DNA of 64,000 nt from positions 55,676,001 through 55,740,000 of the forward strand of contig NW_027266343.1 of assembly GCF_022045235.1 (NCBI RefSeq). Direction: 5' to 3'. The first letter of the stretch is position 1. Each line of letters starts with the position of its first letter. Below, in pieces: positions 1-13,415 of the stretch. The notes beneath the pieces were generated by a model that was given only the letters and a program-made list of their open reading frames with translations, was not told the DNA's origin and ran no database searches. The DNA comes from Haliotis cracherodii (taxonomy: Eukaryota). The translations under genes and the position numbers were made by a program.

Positions 1-296
1 AGAAGGTCCGGTGTTCGATCCCCAGCCACGTCATTCCAAAAAACGTTAAAAGATGGTACTTGTTGTTACAAGGGGCTAAAACAAGGACTTGTCAGCTCAG
101 AGTCTGTATACTGTGTCTGAGTGGGGTATTCATGTTAAACTGTGGCATGGTATCTCAGTGAGCTAGCACTATAAATCGGTGTCAGTCCGGACTAGTACAA
201 GCAGCCACACAGACACATACACGTGCATGCACGGTGCTATATAATTGCAATAATCTTGGACGCAATGTAAAACCCAATTTCACCTCACCTCACCTC
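1..296 (+). mobile_element. SINE family C (V-SINE-like), cut by window start
   Basis: B box gttcgatccc, V-like domain (gtcattccaaaa..gatggtacttgttg), (cacct)n tail. Confidence 0.85.
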
Positions 297-325
297 CAAC
301 CCATGAAACCCAACTAACTTGTTCA

Positions 326-690
326 TAGGGCTAGGACGATACACCAAGCGTGCGATCCGATACGTTTCACGATATCCTGTTCAGGATCCAATATATATAA
401 CGATACTTGCATGTGCTTTTTTTGTGGTGCGTAAGCCATGTTTTTCATAGACAAGATGGTCAAGTACCTGACACACTAATGATTTACAGTTGGCAGTGTC
501 AAGGATGGCGCATTGGATGAAAATATTACGTTGTCTCTACTCATTTTCACTAGTAATTAGTGTTTGGTGTAACATTTATTAAAGGTAAGAATTGATACTT
601 TTCACTAAGTGTGCGATTGTGATCGGTACTTGTATCGATAAGTAAAAAATCACAGTCCGCAGATGCATCGGTGTATTATCCCACGACTAC
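326..690. mobile_element. Probable hAT-type MITE with cgatac subterminal repeats
   Basis: tagggctaggacgatacacc ... ggtgtattatcccacgacta; related pieces near 17835-18381 and 46030-46125. Confidence 0.5.
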
Positions 691-1246
691 TCGTACACCT
701 CATTGAATAGAGTTAATCAAGAATATCTTACAGTTGTCACAATCATTATAGTGGAATTTCCCCTAGGAGTCATCAACTTCATCTGAACATCTTGATGGCT
801 ATTATTTCCAGGTTATGTTGTTATTAACTGCAGCCTTCTGCCTGTGTTGAGACAGGTGTTGAGTGGGTGTAAGTATTCAGTGTAATGTGACAGATTGCAG
901 CTCCCAAATTGACCGTCTGCTATTGAGATTGCTATCAAGGTGATACTAATTTCGGCTGACCTTTGTCTAACCCCTGTGTTGTCCAAGGTGTGCAGGCTTA
1001 TAGAGTTCTTGCAACTGCCTCAGGGGTAGGAAGAAAAATGTAGGAGATAAATTAATAATCAATAAGGATCATTGGCCTGTGAGATGGTGTTCATATATTA
1101 CGCTTTAGGCAGCGAGTGTGAACAAATTCCTAGATGCCCAGGTGTAGTCGTGGGGTTGAACCACTTCCTAGCCATGCACAGGTTTGTGTGATGCCCATGT
1201 GCCACAATTATGAAGCCCTTCTCAATGTCCAATCTTTATTGCTATA

Positions 1247-1728
1247 TACTACTCAAAAGAAGTTAAAGAACACCTAATTTTCTCATAAGCAGTGGGCGAT
1301 TTAAGGAACTTGAATTAACTTGCACCAAGTGCAACCTTGTTGCACCAGACAAAACCAGGTTGCACCCTGGTCCCATAAATTTATCAAATAACCTCGAAAT
1401 ACCTGCCGTTTGATGTCAAGCCCCCAAAAGCATGACAAATTACACATAACAGGGTTTATTGATGTAGGTAAATCTTTTAGACGTATTGAAGGTGTTCAAA
1501 GATTGATGTTGTGGACATATGAGGTTGGACACAAATATAAAATATGTTGGCATGCGCTTAGTGCTTGTAGACATAAATGTTAGGGTCCATTTTTCAATAA
1601 TAGGTTGCACTGATACGTGTTTTATTTAGGTAAATCGAACCATGCCATGACCAGTTAATCTGTCATAGCAGTTAGGTAATGCTTCACAACCCTCCAGATG
1701 GGGGTGTTGACCTTGTTTTTACAAGTAC
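1247..1728. mobile_element. MITE family F (TIR ctactcaaaagaagttaagg) interrupted by an about 355-bp element at 1290-1645
   Basis: Left TIR at 1249; F interior resumes at ccagttaatctgtcat; insert has imperfect inverted ends cagtgggcgattta / taaatcgaaccatg. Confidence 0.6.
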
Positions 1729-2061
1729 AGAAAACTGTGTAATCTGACTTGTCTAATCCGACATTGTGTCTAATCTGATAAAATGTTTTGGCCCTGATAC
1801 AGCTCCTTATAATTATTATCCTAAACTATGTGTAATCCAACATCTGTCTAATCCGAATTCTGACATTGTTTTGTAGTCGTATGAGCTTTTCTTGCTTTGT
1901 GCAACATGACGGTTAATCCTGAATTGTTTCCTTACTTGATTGGCTGGATTACCACGTAAATCATTGAGGGTGCTTTCAAATATGAAACTGTCTGAACTGA
2001 CATCTGTCTAATCCACATTTCCTCCTGGTCCCGAGCAATGTTATATTAACAATGTACTGTA
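1726..2061. mobile_element. Probable Tigger-like MITE with internal tgtctaatccgaca repeats
   Basis: tacag...ctgta ends; repeated subterminal motif. Confidence 0.5.
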
Positions 2062-2083
2062 TATTACAGCAGCATTGTGATTA

Positions 2084-2422
2084 CCGTATTCGACGTAATA
2101 AGCGCCCCGCTATAATAAGCGCCCTCAGAGACATTTGCTAAGATATCGGCTATTGAACAATCCCAATCAGAACCCCTTCCGAGTGATCAATGTACACAAG
2201 ACTTATTTATTCTTGTGTTATTTATTTGTGTTATATGCACCCTTAATCATGGGCATTTAATTCTGGAAAAATATATGTGTCGTACTTAAACATTTCAGGC
2301 TGTCAGCATAAACCACGAAATTTATCTTTCAACTCTGTTTTTTCCACCAAAATAACATTCTAATAAGAGCACCCTATTTCTAATTTTGAGAGTGCCCTGT
2401 GTGCTTATTACGTCGATTACGG
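2084..2422 (+). mobile_element. Tc1/mariner(pogo)-type MITE, family E
   Basis: TIR ccgtattcgacgtaataagcgc; TA flanks; three copies in window. Confidence 0.88.
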
Positions 2423-2446
2423 TAGTCCTTACTTACATTCAAGAGT

Positions 2447-2613
2447 GGGTGGTTGGGTAGCCTAGTGGTTAAAGCGTTTGCTCGTCACGCCGAAGACCCG
2501 GGTTCCATTCCCGACATGGGTACAATGCGTGAAGCCAATTACTGTTGTCCCCGCTGTGATATTGCTGGAATATTGCTAAAAGCGGCGTAAAACCATACTC
2601 ACTCTCTCACTCA
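2447..2613 (+). mobile_element. SINE family A (tRNA-derived, about 165 bp)
   Basis: A box tagcctagtgg, B box ggttccattcc, tail gctggaatattgctaaaagcggcgtaaaacc-(actc)n. Confidence 0.9.
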
Positions 2614-3044
2614 GGTTCAACTTGAAGTATTTACTGCCATGATGCAGCTGAATTACTAATGACTACGTTGTTAAACAACAAAGAAGCGATAATGGTGTCT
2701 ATAAAATCTCGCTCATAACACTGTGAATGACATAACCGATTCTACCCCTAGAAGTAGACAGGCAATATAGATACTGATGTAAATGATTCAGTAACGTGTT
2801 TATGCAGGTTAGTCAACATGCCAGAACTAGCGGGCACAGTAGACTTTGTATTCTCCATGTTCAGTGTGATTAAATCCTAGTTTCAGGCATTACATTGGAT
2901 ACAGGAAGTATGGTTGTCGGGTTTAATTGTCTTATCAGGGGTTAAATGGTGCAGTGGTTGGGATGGTGGACAGTCCTGACTCTCCAGACAAAGGGACCGT
3001 CTCAACAGCTAGCAGGAAACTTATCCAGCCATTCTAGACTTTAA

Positions 3045-4290
3045 CTTGTTCAGGCTGAGTCGTTCAGCCCAAGTTGTTCAGCCCTTAGTTGTTCGTTCCC
3101 GAGTTGTTCGTCCCCGAGTTGTTCAGCCCTAGGTGTTCATCCCTGAATTGTTCGTCCCCGAGTTCTTCAGCCCAAATTGTTCTACCCTAGGTGTTCAGCC
3201 CTAAGTTGTTCAGCCGTAGGTGTTCAGCCCATGTCGTTCAGCCCTGAGTTGTTCGTCCCCGAGTTGTTAATACCCGAGTTGTTCAGGTCAAGTTGTTCAG
3301 CCCAAGTTGTTCAGCCCTAGGTGTTCAGCCCTGAGTGTTCAGCCCTGAGTTGTTCAGCCCTAGTTTTTCAGCCCTGAGTTGTTCAGCCCTGAGTTGTTCA
3401 GCCCTAGTTGTTCAGCCCTAGGTGTTCAGCCCTAGTTGTTCAGCCCTAGTTGTTCAGCCCTAGTTGTTCAGCCCTAGGTGTTCAGCCCATGCCTTTCAGC
3501 CCTGAATTGTTCAGCCCTGAGTTGTTCAGCCCTAGGTGTTCAGCCCTAGTTGTTCAGCCCTGAGTTGTTCAGCCCTAGGTGTTCAGCCTTAGGGGTTCAG
3601 CCTATGTCGTTCAGCCTTGAGTTGTTCAGCCCTGAGTTGTTCAGCCCTGAGTTGTTCAGCCCTAGGTGTTCAGCCTTAGGGGTTCAGCCTATGTTGATCA
3701 GCCTTGAGTTGTTCAGCCCTGAATTGTTCAGCCCTAGGTGTTCAGCCCATGTCTTTCAGCCCTAGTTGTTCAGCCCTGAATTGATCAGCCCTGAGTTGTT
3801 CAGCCCTGAGTTATTCAGCCCAAGTTGTTCAGCCCTAGGTGTTCAGCCCAAGTTGTTCAGCCCTAGGTGTTCAGCCCAAGTTCTTCAGCCCTAGTTTTTC
3901 AGCCCTAGTTCAGCCCAAATTGTTCAGCCCTGAGTTGTTCAGCCCTGAGTTGTTCAGCCCTAGTTGTACAGCCCTAGTTGTTCAGCCCTGAGTTGTTCAG
4001 CCCTGAGTTTTTCAGCCCTAGTTGTTCAGCCCTAGTTGTTCAGCCCTGAGTTGTTCAGCCCTAGTTGTACAGCCCTAGTTGTTCAGCCCTGAGTTGTTCA
4101 GCCCTGAGTTTTTCAGCCCTAGTTGTTCAGCCCTAGTTGTTCAGCCCTGAGTTGTTCAGCCCTGAATTGTTCAGCCCTGAGTTGTTCAGCCCTGAGTTGT
4201 TCAGCCCTAGGTGTTCAGTCTTAGGTGTTCAGCCCTAGTTGTTCAGCCCTGAGTTGTTCAGCCCTGAGTTTTTCAGCCATTGTTCAGCTA
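3045..4290. repeat. 13-15 bp minisatellite (gttgttcagccctga/ta)
   Basis: Direct tandem copies. Confidence 0.97.
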
Positions 4291-5082
4291 CCAAGTCTGC
4301 CCTTGTCATTTCGCCCAAGATGTTCAAACATCAGTTGTTCTGCTTGTAATTTTTCAGGCGCATGTTCGACCCCTTGTGTTCAGTAAAAATTAATGTAAGA
4401 AATTAGTATGCAAAAAGGATTTGTCAACTTCATATGATGTTGTGATGAATTATCAGCCTATGAACCAGGATATTACGACACACTGCTGTGTGTGCTTTCA
4501 AGAATCCCACAGACACGTGAAGCGACAGACTCTCCGACCTTACGCTCAGGTTCATCGTAGTAATCTGCACTTTCATTATCTCAGTATTTATAGTCACTAA
4601 CAAGACCCTGACTCTCTACGTTCCCACACCCTTTCTATCCTGTAAACCCTCACTTCATCAACAGTTCATCAACACTTTTTGCATGCATGGCAGAAATTCT
4701 GATGATAATGTTAAGAGCCCATGTGCTCATGGTAAAGGGTATGGCCATTCTATTGTCAATGAAAAGCAAATTTCCTGTTGATATTTAAAATTAGCTGCAG
4801 TGTTATGAGAAAAGGTTGCTAGGCATTCTTTCCGTTGAGTAGCGACAGTAGGACCACTTGCCACCAGGATTTGGCGTGAGATCACTTGCTTTGTGTGTTT
4901 TCACCCCCATAACTGGTTTTAAGCTGTATATTTTGTAATTAAATGGTGTTTGGTTTCTTAAGTAAGATAATGGTCTAACTGGATTTTCATAACCTTTGTT
5001 ATCTTGTGATAATGACTGGAGGTAAATGGTGTAAGGAAGACATCTTTTTTTAAGTTTGTTTGTTGTTTCCCTCTGCAATCTT

Positions 5083-5142
5083 GCAGCTATGTGACAGTGG
5101 TCTGTGAATAATGAATCCTGGACCAGACAATCCAGTGATTGA
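5083..5142 (-). mobile_element. Retroposon family B fragment
   Basis: tggaccagacaatccagtgattgat is the reverse complement of the B body. Confidence 0.7.
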
Positions 5143-5305
5143 TGGGCGGTCAGGTAGCTTTGTGGTTAAAGTGTTCGCTCGTCATGCCGAACACCTGGTT
5201 TCGGTTCCGGACATGGGTACAATGTGAGAAGCCCATTTCTGGTGTTCTGAGCCATGATATTGTTGGGCTATTCTTAAATGCAGCGTAAAACAAAACTCAC
5301 TCACT
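5143..5305 (+). mobile_element. SINE family A, diverged
   Basis: Aligns end to end with family A. Confidence 0.85.
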
Positions 5306-5307
5306 TG

Positions 5308-5408
5308 GAGTCTAACCCCGAGTCTAACCCCAAATCAAATCTCGAGTCTTAACCTGAGTCTAACCCTGCATCTTACCCCGAGTCTAACCCCGAGTCTTAC
5401 CCCGACTC
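5308..5408. repeat. 12-bp tandem repeat (gagtctaacccc)
   Basis: About 7 imperfect copies. Confidence 0.8.
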
Positions 5409-6639
5409 TGCATCTCTACTTCATATTTACTGTTATTCTGATGTTTTACTTCAGCCATGAAGTATTCCACCAGTAAGATCCAGAATATCTAACAAGCATC
5501 CGATGCCTTTACATTTGCCATTAGGAGTATCTGTTCATCAATAATTAACAAACATTTTTCAGGATCTTCAGATAAAAGGAAGAAAAAACATTGTCAAGCA
5601 TGATGACTACAGCATGTCAGTGCAAGTGACCGTAGTTGTTGGATGAAGATGTGAGGTTGTCTTATGTTGATACTGATGCTGCTTCCACGTGGTATGCGCA
5701 TCAGGAAGGAAGGCCAAGGATGTCGCACATGTCAACAAACATTGCATTGCCTGCCTCGGGGCTGTCAACAAAATCGAGGCTGTATCGCATTAGTCGAATT
5801 CTGCAAGTAAATTCACAGTGAATAAACAAAGATTTTTGTCCCAATGGGAGTAAATATAGCTGAGAGTAGAGTGAAACATGCTACATCATGTGACTCAACA
5901 TGCTGCCTCAGCAGAATTAGGAATAGCGACAAGATAGATGACATTACGTAATAGAAGGGAGTTGTACTTGAGTTGTACTTGAGTTGTACTTGAGTCTTTA
6001 GTACAGCTGACACAGCTAACAACTTTGTTCTCGTGAGATGGCGGCTATGCAGCGAACGCTTTCGTGGTGAAATTGGGTATTGTCATTTTTTCCGTGCCGC
6101 TTTCTAGTGTGTGTATTCTGCACACTTTATCCATGTTGCTCTTTGCAATCCCATCACTTACTGTTGTCATGGTAACCAAGATGATGATTTATATCCAATT
6201 TTCATTATAATTATGATTATGTTGTGTACTATTTATCATAATGCTTATTAAGAAATTGAGGGACTTCTTTTTTTTTCTGCTCAGGGTTTATCTATGAATT
6301 CAAGCTATGAGGCAGCAAACAGGTGACAAAATATTTGTCACAATTATTTTTTTTATTCAGTAGTACCTGGGAAAAGGCATTAAACATGTTTAGGCTTTTT
6401 TCTTTATGTAGTCTTGTTCTTACATTGGGAAAGCTTAAATGTTATTTAGGATGATAATAACTTGAGTGTGGGTATCCTTACTTCTACCACTGCCCCCTAG
6501 GCCAGAGATGTCCTCTTAGAATGGCCACATGTATGTATATCTCCTTGTAGGTTTCTACCTTGAATCTTGTGCCACCATAATTGCTCAAGGTGTTTTTTTT
6601 TAGATTTGTTTTATGTAAGGGTGTCGCTTTCAACTTGTG

Positions 6640-7175
6640 ACAATATGACACCTTAATTTTTGACATTAGGGTGTCTCCTTCAACTAGTGACACGATGACA
6701 CCTTGATTTTTGACATTAGGGTGTCTCCTCAAACTAGTAATACCATGACACCTTGATTTTGGCATGAGGGTGTCTCCTTCAACTAGTAACACCATGACAC
6801 CTTAATTTTTGACATTAGGGTGTCTCCTCAAACTAGTAACGCCATGACACCTTGATTTTTGACATTAGGGTGTCTCCTCAAACTAGTAACACCATGACAC
6901 CTTGATTTTTGACATTAGTGTGTCTCCTCAAACTAGTAACACCATGACACCTTGATTTTTGGCATGAGGGTGTCTCCTTCCGCTAGTAACACCATGACAA
7001 CTTGATTTTTAAAAATTGGGTGTCTCCTTCAATGTAGTGACATGTTCACACCCTGATTTTTGACATTAGGGTGTTTCCTTCACTCTAGTGAACCATAACA
7101 CCATGATTTTTTACATTGGGGTGTCTCTTTCAATCAAGTGACACCATGACACCTTGACTTTTGACATAAGGTGTT
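6640..7175. repeat. About 50-bp minisatellite with internal gacacc/ggtgtc inverted pair
   Basis: About 11 copies of catgacaccttgatttttgacattagggtgtctcctcaaactagtaacac. Confidence 0.95.
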
Positions 7176-7650
7176 ATGGCAGCACGGGTAAGGGTTTTTT
7201 CATTATTATCTGGAACATCTGATCATGTACTTTTTACCTTGATGCGATACATTCGTTTATGTAATTAATTCGAGAGATGATTTGGGTTATTTCCTTCATT
7301 AGATGTTCCAAAGACGGAAAGGTTTTTGTTTTTAAATCAAATTACTGAATATTCTGTGTTTGATTGAATTCTAAGAAGCTCCTTTCAACGTAATCTACCT
7401 TGGCTTAAGTACGCCAACTTGCATGACTCTTAAAACGAATATTTGTTTTGCGAATTTTATTTCCCATGGAGTTTAGGTGTAGGTTTACTTGGGAGTGTAC
7501 TTTAAGGACTTCACTGTCGTTCCTGGATTTATGATCTTTTTCTCAAAGACAACTTAATCAATTATTTTTTAGCAGTTATAGATAAGACAAACCAAATTCC
7601 TGAGATCTGTGTCTGCATCAGATAACAAATATTTTTTTGTAAAACAAGTA

Positions 7651-8004
7651 CTGTATTCGACGTAATAAGCGCCCCGCTGTAATAAGCTAATATATTGGCT
7701 AGTGAACAATCCCAATTAGCACCCCTTCCGATTGATCAATGTACACATGACGTATTTATTCATGTATAATACGCACTCGTGTGTTATATGTGACCTTATT
7801 TATGGGCAATTAAATTCTGGGTAAGTATATCTGTCGTGTATAATACACACAGACTTTTATTTTGTACCATTTCAGGCTGTCAGCATAAACCACGAAATTT
7901 ACAATCTTTCAACTCTGTATTTTTTTCTCCAAAATTTTATTCTAATAAGAGCCCCCTATTTCAAATTTTGAGAGCGCCCTGGGTGCTTATTACATCGAAT
8001 ACAG
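7651..8004 (+). mobile_element. MITE family E
   Basis: Same TIRs and interior; TA flanks. Confidence 0.88.
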
Positions 8005-8407
8005 TATGTCGAGAACATATACCAGGTTAAGTCTAACTAAATCTATATGCTTGTTTGTCCTGGGGAGCTAATCTGGTGTAGGTGGTGGCTGCCATTAAGT
8101 CTTTGTGCAAGGAATTACAATGTGGAATTCAGCTTTATATATGCTGTACAGGGGATCATGTTCTCTTACTGTTTTTGTGTTGTATTTTTTTAGGCAGTGG
8201 CACACATTGTAAACACACAAAGCTTCTCATTTCATGATATGATATTGTCAGCTGAACAGACCCCGTTCTGGCGAGGAAACAAGAAATATGAACTGAGCAG
8301 ACGCGCCATATACTTGGCGAACAATTGATGAAATTTTAGACTTTGAAAAACGTCTGTCTTCCCTTGCGCTGTGTATTCAACACCACAAGTCGTCCTTTGG
8401 AGACTGA

Positions 8408-8667
8408 ACCGTAAAGATTCAGGGGTAGAATAGGTCTTCAGCAACCCATGCTTGCCGTAAAAGGCGACTATGCTTGTTGTAAAAGGCGACTAACCGGATC
8501 GGGTGGTCAGGCTCGCTGACTTGGTTGATGCAGGTCAATGATCCCAATTGCGTGGATCGATGCTCGTGATATCAATCACTGGATTGTCTGGTCCAGATTT
8601 GATTATTTGCAGACCGCCGTCATATAGCTGGAATAATGCTGAGTGCGGCGTTAAACAACAAACCAAC
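8408..8667 (+). mobile_element. Retroposon family B (about 260 bp, no tRNA head)
   Basis: ggggtagaataggtcttcagcaacccatgcttg...cactggattgtctggtccaga...gctgagtgcggcgttaaacaac-(aaac)n. Confidence 0.88.
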
Positions 8668-8779
8668 CTTTGGAGACTGGTGATTTCCCTCACGGATACA
8701 AGCCCGTCTGCTGTGGTTGCAGTATTAGGTGTATGACCAAGCATCCCTCCCTCACTCACTCATTCATTCTAACTCAAGC

Positions 8780-9048
8780 TAGGGGGACGGGTGCCCAGTC
8801 CATGGCTCATCAGTTCGCTGTGCAGAGTTGCGTCCCTTTGGCATACCAGAAACCTATGATCATGGGTTTGAGTCCTGGTTCACTCCGATTACGTTTCTTG
8901 GTTTGTCAGCACCATACCCATTCTCATGGGTTCATCAAAATGGTAAACGTCTGAGACCTGCATTACTTCCCAAATGAAGCTGACATACCATGATATAACA
9001 GAAATACTGTTCAAAGTTATTAAACCCAACTCACTCACTCACTCACTC
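8780..9048 (+). mobile_element. SINE family D (tRNA-Leu-like head, about 285 bp)
   Basis: Aligns with the 63108 copy; (actc)n tail. Confidence 0.8.
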
Positions 9049-11344
9049 CAGGCACTAGGTGATTGGCCATTTGTATTATAGCATAGGGGCGGTTGCCTTG
9101 ACGGCGCCGCTAACTTGGGAGTTGGGTTACTTCTTGGATTGGTAACTTTGTTGGATTTGGTAAGGGTTTGGCTGAATTTTTGTGAATTCATACTTTCTTT
9201 TATTGATTTATGGTGCCTCCATTACAGTCTTCTTCATCTCATTTGAACTAGGACGCAGTTCTGTGGAGCTTTGTGTGCTATGGTTTTCTTTCTTGTGGAA
9301 CGGCAACAAAGATAGGGCATCAACACCTACTCACCCTGCTATCATGTGATAGATTGCTGGGGTCGTAGCTGGACCATAGTCCAAGGCACTGAAAGTTGCT
9401 TTGCAGAGTTTTCTCCCTTGGCTGAAAGGATCCGCTTTTGGTTGACATCCATTGATTGAACCTGATAGTGTTCTGTATGCACTATGCATGTACTTGTGGT
9501 TTCATGAAAGGGATAAATTATGGGCTGAGGTAACTGAAATACAATTTAAAGCAGCGTTAATTCCAATTTTCCCAATGTGAGCCTGCTTTTGTCACCATCC
9601 TACCAATCGGAGCTGGCTACACCACTATCTGCCGTTACCTTCACCTATTATCATCCCAAGTTATGCCCATGGCACAATCCAGACCCCTCGCCATATCAGT
9701 TGAGATTTGCAAACAATAGCGATTGCGATGCACTTCAGTTGTTTATTCTCCGACTTATTAAAATTGCAAATACAGCCGTCCACGCCAAACTTGACCTACG
9801 GGGCTTGACTGTTGGAATGTTGGCGGTCGTGGCTGGTGCTGGTTGATTGTGCATGTGATAAGTGTAGTAATCGCCTTGTGTCAAGTGACATAAGCAATAA
9901 GTCTGTATCCAGTTTCAACCATGCCACACACTATTGTTTACAAACCGTATCTATTGCATTATTATCTCCACTGGTTAGTAAAGTGTTCGGGGAGATAGTA
10001 TCTTGCACAATACCAGCTGCGATTATGTACTTCCAAATGGAGGGAATATCAAGCAGCCCAACCCATGCTAACCTTTATTTGCACCATTTTCAATTTGATC
10101 TGAAATGAAGCTGTGTCATAAAGGAATATCTTCGCAAGCTGCATCTTATGACAATCATGTCGCAGATTATGTACCATTATGATAAATGTAGTGATGCATT
10201 ATTTACTGTAATATGACAGTCATGATGTTGTACATATTAACCGTAATTTGACATTTATTTCATTGCACATATTTACCGTAATGTGACAATCATGGCGTCA
10301 TACTTATTTACCGTAATGTGATAATGATGTCACACCTATTATGTGTTTCCCCCCACTAACAACTTCAGCTGAGTCTCAAATGAGGCAGGGTTCATTCCTG
10401 GACCATAAGTTAAAACTGTACAATGTTTCAACCAAACTTGGCACATGCATGAAATTTTTTTTTAAATGTTAGTCCACTTGACCAAGACAAGGAAAATTCA
10501 TGAAGGACTTATAATAGTCTTTGTGGAGGTCCACTTAAGTAGATCATTTTTCGGGATAAGTGAAAAAACAAATTTAGTTTCTCATTCTGCTACAGCATCA
10601 AACCACATGGATTCTAGGGCCGCCATAATTTTGAACCCTGCTGTCTGATATCGTTGATCGTTGATCGTTGATCGTTGATACGAAACAACTGGTCACGTGA
10701 TCTGTGAAGGGTGGATCGGTAGTTGTCATATTCACGGTGCCTGTATTGATGGGTGGCATCAGATGTTTGTCCAGCCTTTTCATGTCTTAACAAGGCCACA
10801 TAGTACTTAAACTAATGAATTTGTTATCAAGGGACCTGTTTACAATTTCCATGAATAGTACAGCTGATATTAAATGTTGTGGAACACATTAATGCAGAGT
10901 TATGTCCATCACGTCCTTCAGTGTCCGTTATATTGATGGATGTTCTGAAGGTCAGCAATAATCGATGATTGATCAGCTACCTTACGTAAATGCTAAGATT
11001 GGGAAGAAAAATGCCATTTGAGATAAAAAATTGTATTTAAATTGTTCCTCTTTTATCTGAATATAAATTGTCAATGCAAGAGAATAACCAGCCTTGATGT
11101 AAATAATTCGGTGTGCAACATCAATATGAAAACAACCAAGTATTTTTATCGATGGAGTACAACTGGAATATTATTATTAAAATTTTGAATTGATTTTTTT
11201 AACAGGTTCCTTGGTATACAATAACTGGAAAATTTAGACAAATAGCAACCAATTATGACCGATGATTGATCATTTGGAACAAATTAATTTTAGTCTGTGA
11301 TGATTGATAAAATCCCAAATGTTTCTTACGCTGTTAATCTGTAC

Positions 11345-11885
11345 ATTGTATAATAATAATATACTCAGCTCTGTACTGAAACATGGTGTAATATACACAG
11401 CTTTATTCTGATACACTGTATAATATACAGTTCTTTTCTGAAACACTGTATGATATACACAGCTCCATGCTGAAACATTGTATAGTATACACATACACAG
11501 CTATGTACTGAAACATTGTATAACATACACAGCTGTAAACTGAAACATGGTATAATATATACAGCTTTATACTGAAACATGGTATGATATACACAGCTCT
11601 GTACTGAAACATTGTATTATGTACACAGCACTGTACTGAAACATTGTATAACATTCATAGCACTGTACTGAAACATTGTATTTTATACACAGCTCTGTAC
11701 TGAAACATTGTATTTTGTACACAGCTCTATACTGAAACATTGTATATTATACACAGATCTAACTTGAAACATTGTATTATTCCACAGCTCTGTACTAAAA
11801 CATTGTATAATATACACAGATCTAACTTGAAACATTGTATTATTCTACAGCTCTGTACTGAAACATAAAATATTAACAGCACTGA
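11345..11885. repeat. About 33-bp minisatellite (cagctctgtactgaaacattgtataatataca)
   Basis: Tandem imperfect copies. Confidence 0.93.
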
Positions 11886-11944
11886 ACTGACAACAGAAAC
11901 TACCAAGAAAAGACCATACTTTGTATTTACATGATCAAGTAGCC

Positions 11945-12182
11945 CACAGACACACACACTGTCACACACACACACACAGTGAGTCACACACATACACAGT
12001 CAGACACACAGACACAGTGAGACACACAGACACAGTGAGACACGCACACACACACACGCACACACACACAAACACAAACAGAGTAAGGCACACACTAACA
12101 CACACACACATTCTAAGGCACACAGACACACAGAGAGTCACACAGACACAGTGAGTCACAAAGTCACATACACAGTGAGACA

Positions 12183-12240
<58 letters not shown>

Positions 12241-12268
12241 CTCACACTCACGCTCACATCCACACACT
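11945..12268. repeat. Compound (CA)n microsatellite
   Basis: Direct reading. Confidence 0.95.
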
Positions 12269-12949
12269 GTTCCAAATTAAGGGTAAGCTGGGGTCCTTGA
12301 GGGTAGGACCCCAAATGTTTAACATTGGGGTTATCACAAGAAGCCCTTTCAAACCCTGTGCACATGAACATTTGTGATAAGGACTATAAGTGTTTTGGCA
12401 ATGTCTGCTGTGTGACACTAGGTGAGTGGGAACCTGGTGCTCCGGCATTTGTGATACTGACTATAGGTAACAGGTTTGTTGGGCCACTGACAAGTTGCAT
12501 ACACAGCACCCTGTACTGCAGGCAGGCAGGCTGTGTGCATGCGGCCCACACATGGGGCGAGCTGACAGACCAGGAGTTCACTACCAGTGTTTAACAGTAA
12601 GTAAATCATACACCAGATCCACTCCCGAGTGGTCATTTGTGGTATGTCATTAATTTATATGTTTCACATTACCATGACTGATGTGGGTTTCTGTTGTCAA
12701 GGCGTTATAGTCAGAGGTGTTTGTTTTCTGCTTGTCTTTCAGTATCGACTCCTTCAAATTTCATTTTTATTATATAATTTAACATTTACGCAGGTTTAGA
12801 AATGAATTGTTATTTACCCCAGTCTGTAAAAGTCATCTCATATGGTTTTCGTCTAGCTAGTGTAAGAGTGGTAGTCCACAAGGAAATGTCACTAGCCCTT
12901 CCTACATTTTATTAGATTCTGAGTTTGAACCCTGACAAGGTTATTACAA

Positions 12950-13226
12950 GGATCCTTAGACCTTTATTATTGGTTTCAGACACTTCAAGGATGTAATGTT
13001 GTTGTCATGCAGGTTTGTGGATCCTTAGACCTTTATTATTGGTTTCAGACACTTCAAGGATGTAATGTTGTTGTCATGCAGGTTTGTGGATCCTTAGACC
13101 TTTATTATTGGTTTCAGACACTTCAAGGATGTAATGTTGTTGTCATGCAGGTTTGTGGATCCTTAGACCTTTATTATTGGTTTCAGACACTTCAAGGATG
13201 TAATGTTGTTGTCATGCAGGTTTGTG
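12950..13226. repeat. 69-bp tandem repeat, 4 identical copies
   Basis: ggatccttagacctttattattggtttcagacacttcaaggatgtaatgttgttgtcatgcaggtttgt. Confidence 0.97.
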
Positions 13227-13275
13227 ACTTTTATGCTAAGTGTTTTCTTTTTCGTCTAAGATTTGTATTCATGAT

Positions 13276-13415
13276 TGGGACGGTTGGGTAGCCTTGTGGT
13301 TAAAGTGTCAGTTTGTCATTCCGAAGGCCAGGGTTTGATTCCTGAAATGGGTTCATGTGTGTCACCCATGTGACATGAATATTGCTAAAAGCGGTTTAAA
13401 AACTCACTCACTCAC
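13276..13415 (+). mobile_element. SINE family A, internally deleted
   Basis: Head and tail present; TSD tgtattcatgat. Confidence 0.8.

Noticed and set aside
5308-5408. Interstitial telomere
   Set aside because: taaccc sits in a 12-bp unit, not in (TTAGGG)n arrays.
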